DNA from: Welwitschia mirabilis
Lineage: Eukaryota
Reading direction: 5' to 3'
Assembly: GCA_051453625.1 (NCBI GenBank)
Contig: JBOZIK010000001.1
Location: 10,083,351 to 10,147,350, forward strand
DNA length: 64,000 bases
The notes beneath the pieces were generated by a model that saw only the letters and a list, made by a program, of their open reading frames with translations, was not told the DNA's origin and searched no databases. The position numbers and the translations under genes are program-made. Positions 26,194-41,799 of the stretch are shown piece after piece (within the stretch, counting starts at the first letter, position 1; every line of letters starts with the position of its first letter).

Positions 26194-29100
26194 AAGTTTA
26201 TAACTTTTAAAATACTTTTAATTTTTAAGTTATTTAAAATTATTTAAAAATCTTATTGAATTCTCTATAATTTACATCATTTATTCACTAGAAATACTTA
26301 ACATTAATTCTATAATCTAATATTAAATGATTATTATGTTCTATGTCTATTTTCAGAATTATTTTCATAAAACAATTTTTAAAAAGTTATTAACTCTTAG
26401 AAAAATTACTTTTATTAATTTTTTATAATCTTAATTAAACCCTAAACTTTAAAAAATATAATTAAACTTAAGCAATATTTAATAAGTTATGATCTTTATA
26501 ACTGATATTACTAATTTCAAAAATAAAAAGGAACTTTATCTAAAAAAGAATATAAAAATTCATATGTAAATCTAAGCAACCCTAGTCAATAAAACTCAAT
26601 ACAAATACCTACTATATTTAGTCTATGTAATATAAAAAATAAATTTTAATTAATAAAAAAACTACATTAATTAGAAAACTCAATGAACAAGATCAAGAAA
26701 AGGTATATAAATTCTATGAGCATCAAGAATAACATGAAGGATTATTGAGCATAAGTGGAATTGAGGATCAATATATTCATCTTAATAAGAGGTGTCTACT
26801 ATGTATGTGATGCATAAGGAAATTATTAAAGTCAATCAATAATGCATAACAAAATATGGGTACCAAAATATTATAATAAGTCTTTTGATTACTTGGCCAA
26901 AATGTTCCATTGATAATCCATCAACCAACCATAATATCTTCCTCGTATTGCTTTAAGCCACATGAAAGGGCTAATTTTAATAGAATAAATATTATGACAA
27001 GCTTATGCAATCACCTATGCAATACTCAATTATGCCATAAATTTTCTTAAGAAAAAGAGATAACATTGTAATACAAGAAGTAGAGAAAACCTACTTAGAA
27101 AAGTAATGATTAGAAGTTCCTACTTGATAAAGATTTAATGAAGTCAGAAGCTCCAAGATCATTAACTATAAGATCCAATATTCAAGCTCCAAGCTCCAAG
27201 ATTAAAGCTTCAAGATCCAAGGTCCAAGCTTTACACTTAAAACTAAGAGGATAAGAAGTGAAGAGAAGAAGATGAAAGAGTTAGAAGAGAATTTCGTATT
27301 ATGCACTTTCTTAAAAATAAATAATTATTTTTTAAGAGAGATAACAACTCTATTTATAGGTAAATAATATACTAATAATCCTTGATTCAAATGGTTAAAG
27401 ACTAGATACACCAATTGACCCATGAGGTAATATGATCACATTAAAGTGGATGGGATTGATCAGATTGAATTGTATAAGATTTATCTATGATAAGTTAGTT
27501 TAGCTTGAGTGATAAGTAAAATTGATGTATGAATGACAAAAAGACATCATATGTATAACTCATGAATCTAATTATGAGAGTAATTTTTTTTCCTTTATTT
27601 AGCAAGGTTAATTACATACATCATTTCCTCATGCTATTTTCTTCTTAATTAATTTAAAGTATGCATTGAATAATGTATAATGTCCATTGAAAGAATAATT
27701 TTTTTTTTGCTATGCACTAGTCTGAAGATTTTCATGTGTCACTATGAGATAAATGTTTCTAGTTCTAGTCAATAAAAAATGAATATTTTATAATTAAGTA
27801 CTTGTATAAATATTAAGAAAAATAAAAGTCATGATTAGAGTAAAATCTACTCATTAATCCTTCTTGTTCTATCAATAAAAGTGCAAATACTTATTCACAT
27901 GCTTATTAATTTCATGATCCATCAAATCCTTTAACACATAACACAAAAATAAAATAATATCATAATAAAATATAATACACTCAATTTTTTATCCATGTCT
28001 TTTACCAACCACATTAACCATTTACTTTTACTAAGTACTTTTATTTTTTAAACTTGTATCAGGGGCATGAATACATAAGTAACATAAATATTTTATAAAT
28101 TATTTATGTGAATATTTTATTATTATTTTATGCATTCTTATAAAATTCTCAATTTAATAATTTCACAATCTAAATTTGATGCCTTTACATTATTGAAATT
28201 ATTTAATTTTAACATTTCAATACCTTATTTATTTTAGTCATAAAAGTTTTATAACATAATTATCCAAAAATATGAAAAATATGAGAGTACCCAAAAATCA
28301 AGACTAATTACTTAAAATTTCATATAATTATTTATAATTCAAAATTAAGCATAATGTAATTTTTTTAACCTGAGAANNNNNNNNNNGTCAAAAAAACTAA
28401 AACTATAAAAATTACTTAAAAATTAAGATTAATTACTTAAAATATTGTACAAGCCTATAGAATTTAAAATTAAACATTATGCATATTTTGAAATAAGATT
28501 AAAGAATATAAAACATTATTAATAATAAAAATAGACATTATTTTTTTATAAGTCCTTTAATTAAAGAACAGTTTCATATTAAATTATAATACCAAAAAGT
28601 GTTGTGTTATTCAGAGATTAAAATATCTGATGTTTGATTCATTAAAGGTTATAAAATATAGGATATAACATTATACTACTTATACTATTTAAGAATTTTA
28701 AACTTGTGTATAGTTGTAGTGTTAATAAAGAATGTGTTCACTATTGTAGTATGTGCCTTTGTTTGTGGAGGCAAGATTCCACATGGCACATAAAGCATAA
28801 TGAATGTAGTTGTTGATTTTAATATACTTTTAGTAATAACTATGATAAAGATGTTTATTACAATAATAGCATGTGTTTTTTTGTCCACCATTTTCCTCTA
28901 TGGTTGTGTTAGTGGGAATTTGCTTTTACACACTACATAAAGCATGATCAATGAAGATGACAATCTGTGATGAAATTTCTACCATCAAGTTTTGTATTTT
29001 TATTTATTATTATAACATTATGCATAAAATATTTCTTAGGTAATGATTTCTCTAGTTCTAAGATGGATATCATTAACTCTATATATAACTAATGTGTTTT

Positions 29101-29249
29101 ATTATATCTGCAAATATAATGGATTTATTTGAAAAAGATAACATACATTGTTCGTGAATTAAGATTGATTGAATAAAATGACTTAAAATTATAGGGAACA
29201 TTTAAAACGTTCATGTAGTTCACATATTATAACATTATAATAACTTCTC

Positions 29250-30250
29250 AGATGTCCTAGGTCAACCAAAAAGAAAATTTCCTCAAATTCTAATGCTTCT
29301 ATAGCACATAGTCTACAAATATACTTTTTTCTTGGAATATTAGTCCATATTCTAATTTTACTTCTTAAATGATAAGAGCTTAATCTAATTTTTCTTATTA
29401 GCCTATGAACTTTTAGAGGAAGCCTAGCTATAAGATAAGTTGCTTTTCCCTTTAACCAAATGCCTCTTATGTTTATAAGATGATTTTTTTTATTTCCTTT
29501 TATATTAAACCAAATTTATACAAAATCTTTCTCCTCACTATTTATGAATAATTTCAGATTCATCAAGTATGATGTTTTATTTTTTATGCCATTCTACACC
29601 TTGATGGAAGCATCTTTCACCTTAGCTCTTTCTAGAACTAATCTAAACTATTTATTAATCCTAAATTTTCTAAATTCTAATTATACAACATGAGTTAATA
29701 AGACATATTGGCTTTCATTAATAGCATATATTCTTCTAGCAACAACTTACAATAAGGTGTTTAAGGTTTTACTTTTAACTCTTCTAGTAGAAATGTTTTT
29801 GTACTCATTAACACTATTCCTTTTTTTTTCCCCAAAAAGGTTTAGCCTCCACATTGGACATCCATATAAAATTGTAGGATAAATTATAGTTTTAAATATT
29901 TACTTTATCATCTTTTAATCCGAAGTACTTTAAATATTTAAATTTATTTTCAAAAAACATAAAGAGATTTCATACCTATTGCAACATGCTCTTTGATATA
30001 CCCATCCCACCTATAATTATTTATCCACTAAAGATCTAAATATCTCTCAACCTTGAGGTGAGACGTTATTAGAGTGTAATGTGGCTAACACTAATTCCCA
30101 AGTGCTATAGTCAAGAATATCCATTGGAAGTTTAAGACAATGGTATCATATAAATAGGATAATATAATTACTATTCTAGCATTGTTTCTCCTTTAAGTAT
30201 GATATAAAATATGTTTTCTTATAACAACTATACTTGTCATGCTACAAAGA
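29250..30250 (-). mobile_element. Degenerate LINE ORF2 remnant
   Basis: Minus strand shows YHT*RRNNAR (FTW motif), ALGN*C*...ITSHL (EN C-terminus) and F*KRAKVK (WxQRAKVKW motif). Confidence 0.45.
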
Positions 30251-33200
30251 ATAAAAACTAATAGTTAAAATTTTTAGCTATGATAGTAATGTGAAGATGA
30301 TTATTACAATTTTTATGGAAAGTTTGGTAGCATGAGTTGATGTAGAACAAGTGCTAAGGATACTTGTTTGTATTTCTAATTATTAAAGTAAATTATTAAA
30401 ATAATATTTTAATAGTACTTCTAACACATAATATGGTCAATTAGGTAACACCATTTAATTAATCCCTTATTTACTAAGTATGTAGTAATACTCTTTCTTA
30501 ATCCTAGTACTCTTGTAAATGTTAATTGTGATTATTATAATTAAATTATTTCTTTATTATTTATTTAAGAAAACTTTTAAATTACAATTATTTTTAAGGG
30601 TTTTATTAAGTGAGGTGTTGGATATAACTTTTCATAATGAGATATTATGTTAATAAAGTAATATTATTTAATTTCTTTTATATTAATTAATAATCTAATC
30701 AATCAAATGTATTAAAATAAAACTAAGTTTTGATTTTAATATTACTATCTATATAGATTTTTTATTATTATGAAAATAAGCATTACATTCTACCCCATTT
30801 AATATTAAGTGTTTCCACTTAATCTATTATTACATTCTACTCTCAACATTAATACTAATTTTTTTGATCTCTTTCCTATTAGAATACTTTTCACTGGTTA
30901 TTTTCAATAACATGTAGTCTAAAGTTTTTTTTCTAAATTAATTAAAAACTTTATGGATACTCATTAAATGGTTCAAGTATATGAATAAAATTCATTCATG
31001 TATGACAATACTTACAATTTGATCCCTCAAGGCATTATTATCAAGACATCATCTCTCTCAAATAATTAACATTCAAGGTTAATGTAACTATTATGTATAT
31101 CTTTAGGCATGCATTTTACATAATTTAATAATCTTTTGTATCATAACTAGTGATAAAAAGAGGATAAAGAGAATAGTTAAAATTAGAAGAGAACAAATAA
31201 AATTTATTGTTATAGAAACTAAAATGCTAGATTAAAAAACAACAATGCATTCAACTAACCAATTCAAGTCACATAAGAATTCTAATTGGATATCATCAAA
31301 TTAGTCTTAAGCTATAAATCATATATACATAAGAATGTTAACATTAATCTATTTTATAATATGATGTATAATTCAATAAATAGAAAATAAAATACTACTA
31401 AGTCAATTTATTGCATAAGTACATGACTTAAATTAAGGATTTATATGAACGGGTTTTATCCTAACTAATTAGATGAGGATAAGATCTAGTTTCAAGTTTT
31501 TTCTGATGGTCTTCTTAGCACTTGCTACTTCTACCATGTCATCTAAGTGGCTTGAAATATTAGTTTATAAGGATAAACCCCCTTGCCTACTTCGTTAACC
31601 ATGACTTCTAGTAAACTTCTAAGCTTATAAACACAACCAAGATTTTCAATAATGGTTCCTTCTATAAGATTTATTTTCATTTATCATGTAGTTCCTATTA
31701 GACCCTTATTGTTTCCTGGTAAGATAGATTAAGTAATTATTTGAATAAGGCTCATGATATCAATGTGAAAAAATAAAAAAATTTCATATTCCATTGAGCT
31801 CTAGTTTAATATACATCATAATTAAAAAATTGTAAAGTGTAAAAACTTTAAAATATCATCATAGTTTTTCAAAAGTAGAAGGAATAAAATAAGAAGGGAC
31901 TTCAAGATGTGAAGACTCTTTAAGTGGAGTAAATGAGAAATTTCTTCTTTCTTATTATTAAATATATGGTTCTCATCCCTATTTCTCTTAACATCATCCA
32001 TTTTAAATGTGATACTGTTAAGATTTTTTATTATTGTATCTAGAATTATTTGTATTATTAAATTGAATGTTTTCTTATTTATAGGATTTATGGCCTACCT
32101 ATACCAACCCTTCCTAAACATCATCCATACATGTTGCAACATTCTCATTAACCTTTGTAACTTTGTTATTCAAAGAATCTTTTTAATGTGGAATGTTCTT
32201 TTCTTATTGTTCAAGTCCTATTATAAAGAATTTATCTTACTTAATCAAGATTTAGAACTTCTTAAAAGACATGACTAAAACAAGAATAGAAGTAAAATAT
32301 ACATTAAATAAGAAGAATGGAGTAGAAGTAAAGGTAAGAGAAAACTTAAGTTTAATCATTTTCTTTTTTTTTTTATGCCTATAGTTTTATGATAAAATGG
32401 TAATCAGTTATGGCTTTCTAAAGCTCACATCCTCAAGATAAGAAACAAACAACCAACTAAATTTANNNNNNNNNNAAGAATAAGGAAGTTAAGCTAGCTT
32501 ATCCTTCTTAGTGAAATCTATAATCCTTATCTGTATAAAGCTAGGTACATCATAGTTTTTTCTTCTTTTAATGATAATTATAATCATTAAAGTAGAAACC
32601 ATCAAATGATTATCATTTAAATATGAAATGATATTTTCCTAGATGGTCTTAGCTACTACTTATTATCCCTTTATTAGAATGTCAGATTTAATACCCTTAA
32701 GATATAGAACTATAGAATAATTCAAAAGCATGGTTTTTTATGGCCTTTTCCCTCTCAATGACTATGCCCACTAGTGGAATGAAGTTTTTTTCCCTTTATT
32801 AGACATTCCTTGTTCTCTAGTCATGGGATGCACTCCAATTTCTATTTACTCTAGAAACCGTTAATATTATAAGTTTTCCTTATTTTCTCTTATTTTCCTA
32901 ATATCTGAGAAAAATTCTCTGATTTGGTTATCATTAAATTTATTCTTAGCCAATGTAATACATCTTCATCCACCTATATTGGTTTTATCGATTATAGGAT
33001 TATCACTTTTCTTTAGGACCTAATCAAATGATTTTTCAACTAAGAATTATGCCTTTTTGATGATGAATTATTAGATCTCTTCTTCATTTATCTGTTCATT
33101 GACTTGTTTAGTATGCTAACATGATTCTTATAGGATAAAATTGGGATATTTCTCATGTGTAATTCTCATAAATAGATTTAATGCTTTTACTAATCATTTT

Positions 33201-33949
33201 AAAGATCTAGAAGAGGATGCTACTATAATAAGAGAATATATAATCTTTAAGATTGATATTTTCCATGATGTCAAAAGGAAAGAGATTGTAAAAACATGAA
33301 AGAATTTTATATAATACAAGAAAAATGGTGTGAAGACATTTATTCAGTGTTAAAAAGGGAATAGGTAATAGAAATAAACTATAGGCATTCAAAATTTTAA
33401 CCTTTATTTTGCTATCCTTCCTCATTTACTATACATATGACTTAATTTTGAAATCGCATTCATAGTATCACTTAACATAGGACTTGACTATAAAAAATAG
33501 CCCAATAAAAGATTTATTAAGAAGAACATAGTCCAATATACTCAAAAACATAGTCTTCTGTGCTTCAAAAAATACAATAGAGGCATAGTCTAGTTTATTT
33601 AAGTGGATAGAGAATCACTTTGAAAATACTATGTAAAGGTCATACTATCATTTTAATCATGGTTCATTCCTTCATATGCATTATAATATGAATATGAAAA
33701 TATTTTATAATAATACTAGTAAGTTATTTCAAAGAGTTAAAATCTTAGGATAATAGATATTCTAAAAACAAAATCAAAAAAAGATAAATTCCAACAGAAA
33801 TATTATTTAAGAGAGTGAAAATAAATAAAAGAAAATTCCTTTATTTTAAATTTCCAAAAAAAATAAAAAAGAACTCCAAATAAAGAAGATAAAGTTTAGT
33901 TAAAGTGAAGAAGTTCATGTCATGGCTTTTCCTTTTATTACATTTTTAT

Positions 33950-36140
33950 AAAAAGATTAAACAAAGATAGTGCATTAAGTTATTCATAAGTGCCAACTTA
34001 ATCCTCTTCCTTAGAAATTTCAGATGGGGAAATCTTGAAAGAGTTTTCAGCTATAACAATTTTCCATGTATGATCCATATTAGATCTAATCACATATATA
34101 ACCTAACAAATGATGATTTAGATATGATTTGGCATTTTTAAAGTAAGAAAAACTAAGCTATATTCTTTACTATAGATGTAATCTAACTACTATTAAAAAT
34201 AAAGTATAAAAAATATTAAAAAATACCTATAATATAAATATCTTTATTGATACATAAACAAGTTATATAAATCTAAGCTAATAAAGTTGATCCTAGAATA
34301 CTAAAAGACCTTGAATATGAAAAGGATGGTAATTTTTTATTTATCTAATGCATTTTATCTATGACACAAGGAATATTTTCATAAAGAAATGTAAAAAATC
34401 TTCATTCCATAAATAATAGCAATTATTATAGGCCATAAATCAATCAAAATTTTAAGTTTTTTTCAACAATAGTTGAGAACTAGGAAATTGAAGTATTGCA
34501 AGATTATTAACTAACTTTTACTTTCAAATAAAACATGTTTTCTAGTTACATTATGCTAAGCACTAAGAAATGTGGAAATGGACATAAGGAGTCATGATAT
34601 CACTTTTAGATAAGATAAGTCATAATAAAATTGAAAAGAAAATGAAAAAAATGGAGCAATTTTATAGTATCCATGACATACCACTAGTTGTCACTAAGTG
34701 ACGATGTAGTAATGCCTTAGTAAGTAGGTGATTACTAGGCTAATGTAATGATGGTTTTGCTATAATACCATCATTACTTATATTACCTAGAAATGACAAT
34801 TGGGAAAAATGCATTAGATTATGATGAAAGTACTTTCTTTCATCTAAGGAATGAGAATTATAATATGGAGCATAAGGAATTGATTGCAATATTTATTAAC
34901 TAAGACTATTTTCTTAGAAGATAATCCACTAAATTAGAGGAAAAATCTAACTAGTCATATCATAACTAGGTATGCCTAATTCATATGTACAAGATAGAGG
35001 TAAAGAACATTTGAAGGTTATAAAATATTAATGATGGATTACTAACTTTTTAGAATAATAATTTATATTATTATTGATGATTTTTATTCAATATAATGTT
35101 TCAAGCCTTTTGTGTTATAGAGATATGTTTCTTGCTTAGAAAAGGTTTTAAAGATCAATATGCCCTTTAAAAATAACATACCTTAACCATTTACACTAGC
35201 ACTCCTTCAAAGGAATTTATCGCCAAACCACATAATTTGTAGAAGACATGCATTGGAAGTCCATCCATTAAGTGGAAATGATAATAGATAAATTTAAAAA
35301 GCTGTTTTAAAAAATTAATTTTTCTTGTAAAAATTCTATCTAAAATTTGATGTTGTTATTTAGACTTAAAATAACTCAACATAATTATCTTAATTTTTAT
35401 TTTTATGAATTGCTTTATGAAAAACATTACACTGATATTAAAATGAAAGGTGTCTTAGGAGTAACTAAATAATTGATAATACTTGTGTACCAAGGTTAGA
35501 ATTCTTAGAAGATTACTCTTTTAAGTCTTAAACTAGGAATAAGTGTTCAGCTAGAAATTCATATTTAATAATTAAATATTTATTAAAAATGATGAAAGCA
35601 AAAATCATGAAAAATAACCTAGTACATCATTTTTGTTATCTACTTTATTTATTATTATAAGATCAAATTATAAAATCAATAAAACCCATCTCATTAATAA
35701 AGATTTCATAGTTTCCATAGTCATTATGTATGAGATAACTAATTAATTAGTATAAATATTATTATGATATTATAATAGGTTATGAGGGAATTTTTGAAAA
35801 AAATGCATAATCACTAATAATAATTCATTTTCTATCATAGAACAACCAAGCTATGCATCAGAAGGAGCCTTACTAGTGTAGAATAATTTTACAACTTTAA
35901 TTTGTTAAAATTTATGATCTTTTAAACATGTGTCCTAGCTGTCAAGATATAGATCATAGTTTAAAATAAATAAACTAGGATTTTCTATTATAATATAGTT
36001 CATGTCAAGGGGCTATAAACGTATTGTAAATCTCACATGGTTGATGGAAAAAATCTTAAATAAACGTTTAAATAGAAATGATTTTAAAAAATATTTTTTA
36101 AAAAGAGATTAAGACAATATGAATTTCTCCTTCTAGGAAT
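33950..36140 (+). mobile_element. Degenerate LINE (ORF1 tail to RT)
   Basis: CQLNPLP*KF..GEILKE (~33990, ORF1 WVRLxxLPLEFW-like), IT*K*QLGKMH (~34782, FTW..RLD-like) and KRLRQYEFL (~36103, RGLRQGDPLSP-like). Confidence 0.45.
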
Positions 36141-37652
36141 TGGAAGTGATTGTTCATAAGATAATCTACTATGGAAACCAAAGCCAAGTAAAAAATATTA
36201 TAGAAATTAAAATTTTGATTTACAAATAACTAATAAATTATTTACCATAAACTTTAAATTTTATAAAAGCATAAATATTAGAAATATTATGTCTCATAAT
36301 GAAATGTAAGAAACACTAGAACCTCACACAAGATATCATAACACTAACATGTTAATAGTCTAAACACCAACAATACATTGAAGAAATAAATATAAGTAAA
36401 AAACACAAAAGAACATTTAAGATTTACTATATTATAACTAGTAATCATAACTATATCAGTAAAGAAAGAAAATAGTACATCCAATCAAAGATTAAACTAC
36501 GTAAACACTATATAAGATATCAATTTAGCATAGATAATATATTATGGCTTGATAAGATAGATTCCTCATAAATAAGTAATTCTCTCATACCCATAGAGGA
36601 AGAACAAAAGCTTCAAATCTTGAAAGGATAGAATTTCTTATTGTAATCATAGGAGATTTAGATCTAAAATGATAAAGTTCTAATGAAATAATGGATAGAT
36701 TCAACCAAGCATGAAGATAAAGCGTAGGCATCATTTATGTTACATTCCTTAAGGTTGTAACTCCATAAGTATTTTTCTATTATTAATATATGGGTAGTGA
36801 TAAATCCCCTTATGCAATAGGACATAGATGCATAGCCCTTAATTTTCATATACTATTTTATATTGTAAGACTAATTAATTAATTTACCCTCTATTTTTAT
36901 ATCCTTTAATACATTATATTCTAGGATACTAACAGTGCCTATGAAAGTGATAAGGGTGCTAGTTCCTTTTATCTATTTAGCTCTAATGAAGTTTAAATAG
37001 TTTAGTATGACCTATAAATAAAATACCATTGATAAGTAATTTTTAATAAAAGATTTAAAAATTAAAATGTATAACAAGATTAATAATAATTCAATAATAA
37101 ACATGGTATATATAGCCTTAAAAATTTATAACTTACTAAATTATAGGATATAAATATGTCAAATTTATGTATAAATGTACACCCTTAACTAGCTATTTTC
37201 TAGTTCCTTAATAAATATTAAGTGATGTTATAAAGGCTACTTATCGATTTAAAGTGTTTTTTAGTACAATATTTACAATTGAAATGTAAGCTTTAAAAAT
37301 ATTTATTATCATTTATATACATTTCATATATCATAAAGTTCATTTCAAATACATAATCATAAAATAAAGAAAATTTTCTATCCTTAGAAGTCCCATTTCA
37401 TTTGCAATTTTTCAATTTTTTCACTTGCTAAACATTACTAAGTAAAATAAAGTATGATTTTAACCATAAGTCGATTAATGTTTTAAAAGAAATGATGATT
37501 TATATTCCACTTTCTAAACAATATAGATAGTGTTCTTAATGTTAAAATTACATGAAAATCCATTTTACAAAGGTAAAACTTGCATATTTCTATTGTCTAG
37601 GCATGAAAAAAATCACATGTATGATGCAGAAGAGAGGAAAAAAAAGAAATGG

Positions 37653-37676
37653 ATATATATATATGTGTGTGTGTGG

Positions 37677-37717
<41 letters not shown>

Positions 37718-37831
37718 TGTGTGTGTGTGTGNNNNNNNNNNNNNNNNNNNNNNNNNNNNNNNNNNNNNNNNNNNNNNNNNNNNNNNNNNNNNNNNNNNNN
37801 NNNNNNNNNNNNNNNNNNNNNNNNNNNNNNN

Positions 37832-37896
<65 letters not shown>

Positions 37897-37922
37897 CGTG
37901 TGTGTGTGTGCGCGCGTGCGCG
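37653..37922. repeat. Compound (AT)n(GT)n(GC)n microsatellite spanning an N gap
   Basis: Directly visible alternating purine-pyrimidine tract. Confidence 0.95.
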
Positions 37923-38655
37923 CATAATAATTCATCCTATAAGAAAAATCCTATTCTATTTAAACCTATGCATTACCTTTTTATGATTTTCCTTATAGCC
38001 CTTAAAATCCTTTACACCTATTTTCTTTTTTCTATTAGCACTATTTTAATGAATTCTCCTTTCTCATTAGAGGAAGTAAGAATAAGAATCCTTAGTATTT
38101 ACTAAGGTGGAGGTGATGGTGAATTTTTTCTCTCTTCTTCTTCTTCTTCCTCCTCCTCCTCCTATTGATCTCTTGATGAACCAATTTGTCTTGTTGGTAC
38201 TCATTCTAGATGGCCATCCTCTTAACTCTAGTTATTTGCCTACCTATAGGGGTGGAGGGGGAAGAGAGAGAGAGAAAGGAGGCGGGGGGTAGAAAGAGAA
38301 AGAGAGATAAAGAGAGAGGTATATATGAAACATAATAAGTCATCCTATAAGAAAACTCCTATGCTATTTAAACCTATGCATTACCTTTTTATGATTTCCC
38401 TTATAGCCCTAAAAACCCTTTACACATATTTTCTTTTTTCTATTACTACTATTTTCATGAATTCTCTTTTCTCATTAGAGGAAGTAGGAATAAGAATCCT
38501 TAGTATTTAATAAGGTAAAGGTGATGGTGATTTTTTTCTATCTTCTTCTTCTTCTTCCTCCTTCTCCTCCTATTGATCTCTTAATGAACCAATTTGTCTT
38601 GTTGGTACTCATTCTAGATGGTCATCCTCTTAACTCTAGTTATTTTCCTATCTAT
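37923..38655. repeat. Diverged direct duplication of ~325 bp (37923-38247 and 38331-38655) separated by a G/A-rich spacer
   Basis: Both copies run cataataa.tcatcctataagaaaa... to ...cttaactctagttattt.ccta.ctat with scattered substitutions. Confidence 0.9.
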
Positions 38656-39151
38656 GATGTGATTAATTACTTTTTCATAATATTCCTCTACATGGGAAGG
38701 TTAATGATCATTTATGTAATGAAGTAAGTTACTTATAAGGATGAAAAAAGAGATTTTTTGAGGTTTTTTTTCCTTCTTTAAAAATATGAAAGGGGAATTT
38801 ACATATATTGAATATCTTATCATTTTAAATGAGAGCAATGAGATCATGAAAAGGAGAGTAACCTTTTATAATATGATAGGATGGATAAACAAAGATAATT
38901 CATCCTTAAATAAATACTCATATGGAACTGCTTCCTCCCTATTAAGTGAGTCTCAAACATTGAGCTTCCCATAAAGTAAAGCTATATCTTTTTCTAAAAT
39001 GGATGGGTTATTAGAATTAGGAAGATTTAAAACTTTAGATATTAAAGAGGAAGTAATGTAAATGTTGATATCTCTAACCACAATGGATAGAATTTTAAAA
39101 TACTTCTCTTTATCATTTAATAGTTTTAAAGCTATTTATTCTTATAGAAAG

Positions 39152-40076
39152 TGTTGTACCTTCTAATTTTATATTGATGAAAAATCCCATTATGAGAAAA
39201 GTCTAATAAGGAATATCTTGCATTAAAGAAAATAAGGAATTCAATAAGTAGTTAGCTTGGTATCACTAGGTGATTAACTAGATGCTATAAAAGGATAAAA
39301 AACTATAAAGATAAGTGATAGAGACTTGTAGTTTTAACTTACCAAAGTACAATAGGTAAGTAACTAAAGAACAATTAGTCATAAACTAGCCTATTATGAA
39401 AATGAAATCTTCTTATGCTAGGTCAATTAACCATTAATAATGGCCAACAGCTTAAGGGTGATTAATAGGGCCCTAATAAAGAGTCAACTGGTAATGAATC
39501 GGTTGATAAAAATGAATAAATTCAAGTAACTATTGGAGATAAATTGTGATAACATTTCTAGTTGTTGTAAGTCTCGATGACCAGCATAGATTATTGAAAC
39601 AATCAAAGACTATGTAATAATTATATGCATGAGTCACAAGCATGATTTGTATTTAATTTAATCATTGTTACACATCTAAATGCTTTTGATCATCTTATAT
39701 TTTATGAATAAAAGGAATAACTCATATTTTTATGCTTGCTTATACTTTCCTTTTATCATCATCTCTCCATTTGAGATCATCATTATGATGGATTTGAAGG
39801 TTAAGTATTATTACAAAATTTGTTTTTAATTAGTTGAGGGTTTCTAAGAAGTTTCATTAGACTGTTGTGATCACACACTTATCAATAAGAAAACAACCTT
39901 GTTTTTATTACTCCTTATGCTTTTTACTTTGGTATTACAATCCTATATATATTGTTCTTAATTTACTTTACAAAATTTATTAAATTTAATTTTGTGCTTA
40001 ATGCAATTAATTTTAAAATCAAAATTCCATTATCTATCATAATCATCCTTTCCATCTAGGATAGTTAATTCTAACA
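39152..40076 (+). mobile_element. Probable solo LTR (Copia, SIRE/Maximus-like termini)
   Basis: Starts TGTTGTACC..ttttatattgatga and ends aatcatcctttccatctagg...ctaaCA. AAAG lies on both flanks (4 nt match only) and there is no PBS. Confidence 0.5.
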
Positions 40077-41799
40077 AAAGGAACATATTAATGTAGAACT
40101 CTCTCACTTTTTTAAAAAAGGATGTCGTCTTACTTTATTTCAAGAGATACCCCAATTCTATTTTTTCTATTTTATTCACATAATAATAGCATATTATTGC
40201 ATAAATTTTTTAAATATTCCTTTCATAATAAAATATCTAATTCAACACAACATCTTAATTTTTGCAAATAGAATTTTAAGTAGCCTCATCCTCTTTCTTT
40301 TGTCTTCTTCATATAGACAATAGCATATCATTGCATAAATTCTCTGAATATTCCCTTCACAAAAAAAAATCTTTAAATTAATAAATATCTTGATTCTTGG
40401 AACTAGAATTTTAGAATAAACATATCATAATGCTAGTGGTTCTAATAGTGACATTAGTCAAATTAGGCAAATAAGGCTCTATAAGGTTTTGTGTAATTTA
40501 GCATGAAAAGTATTTAATTCTAAAATAGATGACTTTAATAAAGAGTGTACGGACTAGATTCTAGCTTTATACAAAAAAAGAATTAAATCTTAAACCTTGA
40601 TCAAATTATAAGAATGAGTAGTCAAGATTGTGATAACATGAATCAAGTCTAAATTTTTAATTTATGTTTATTAGAGAGTTAATTTTAATAATAATTAATA
40701 TTATATTGGAAATTAGGATTTTAATAATCGTTCTTTAAATTTAACCCTTAAGTATTCCATTATCACATTAAATTCTATTATCCTATCATCACATATAATG
40801 ATTGCAAACTTCCTAGTTAACCTATTAAATAGGAGATAAATATGTTCTAAGGGCTTATCATGTAGACCCAATGTATTGGGTTTTATAATGTAGGATATTG
40901 CCATCGTCCAGATGACACAATGGATGCCATACTCAATAGTTACTTTTTGCATTCTTATCATTTTCTTAACATCATTGGCATAAAATTAAAACCTTATAAG
41001 TTTGCATAATCTTGCATCAATTACTATGATATATGAGAATGTTAAATAATTATGATTTCTTTTCATTAGCCTTCCAATTATATAGTTGTTGTAATGACAA
41101 TGTAAAAGTAACATACTGAGGAATTGAAATCACTCATATCACAAAAATTTACTTAAAATGAATGTATATATCATAAAAATTAAATTTTAAATACATCATA
41201 TAAATTAAGCATACAATCGTTTATCTCAAGGTAATACATAAAACTTAAGATCCATGTCTGGGGAAAGTGGTGATGAAGATGGTACGCACTCTTCTTCCAT
41301 GGGGAAGAAATAGCTCACATTCTCACAAAAATCTCTCATCATTATTACATTTTATGTATGAATCTCCTCTAGAATATCAACTATAATACTTTACACAATT
41401 TACTACACTCTCTGCTCAATGATGGTCATCCTCTCATCTAGTGCCCTCATCTACTTAGTCATCCTCTCTGTGAGCCTCTACTCCATACTTGCAAGAAGGT
41501 CTTTGGATCTACTAAACTATAATACCTCTTGCTATACCTACTCCCAGAGTAGCTCTATGAAGTGGAGGTGGCTCTTAATCTCCAAGGATATGAATACTTG
41601 TGTCTTAAAGGAACCTAGTTGATGTTGTTAAGAATGTTTATGTAGGTATTCCCTCAAGTGCTAGAATTCCATACCTATAAAAGATAGCTATCAATAAGCA
41701 CAAGTATTCAAGGTTCTATAGTGATCTTGCCTCTAGAGTCACTCTCAGTCTTCTTATCATGTCTAGACTTTCAAGGTCCAAGATTCTAAATAATTCTTC

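Noticed and set aside
31560-31605. GKGVYPY on the minus strand resembling a protein-primed polymerase B motif
   Set aside because: Isolated short match with no other polB motifs nearby.
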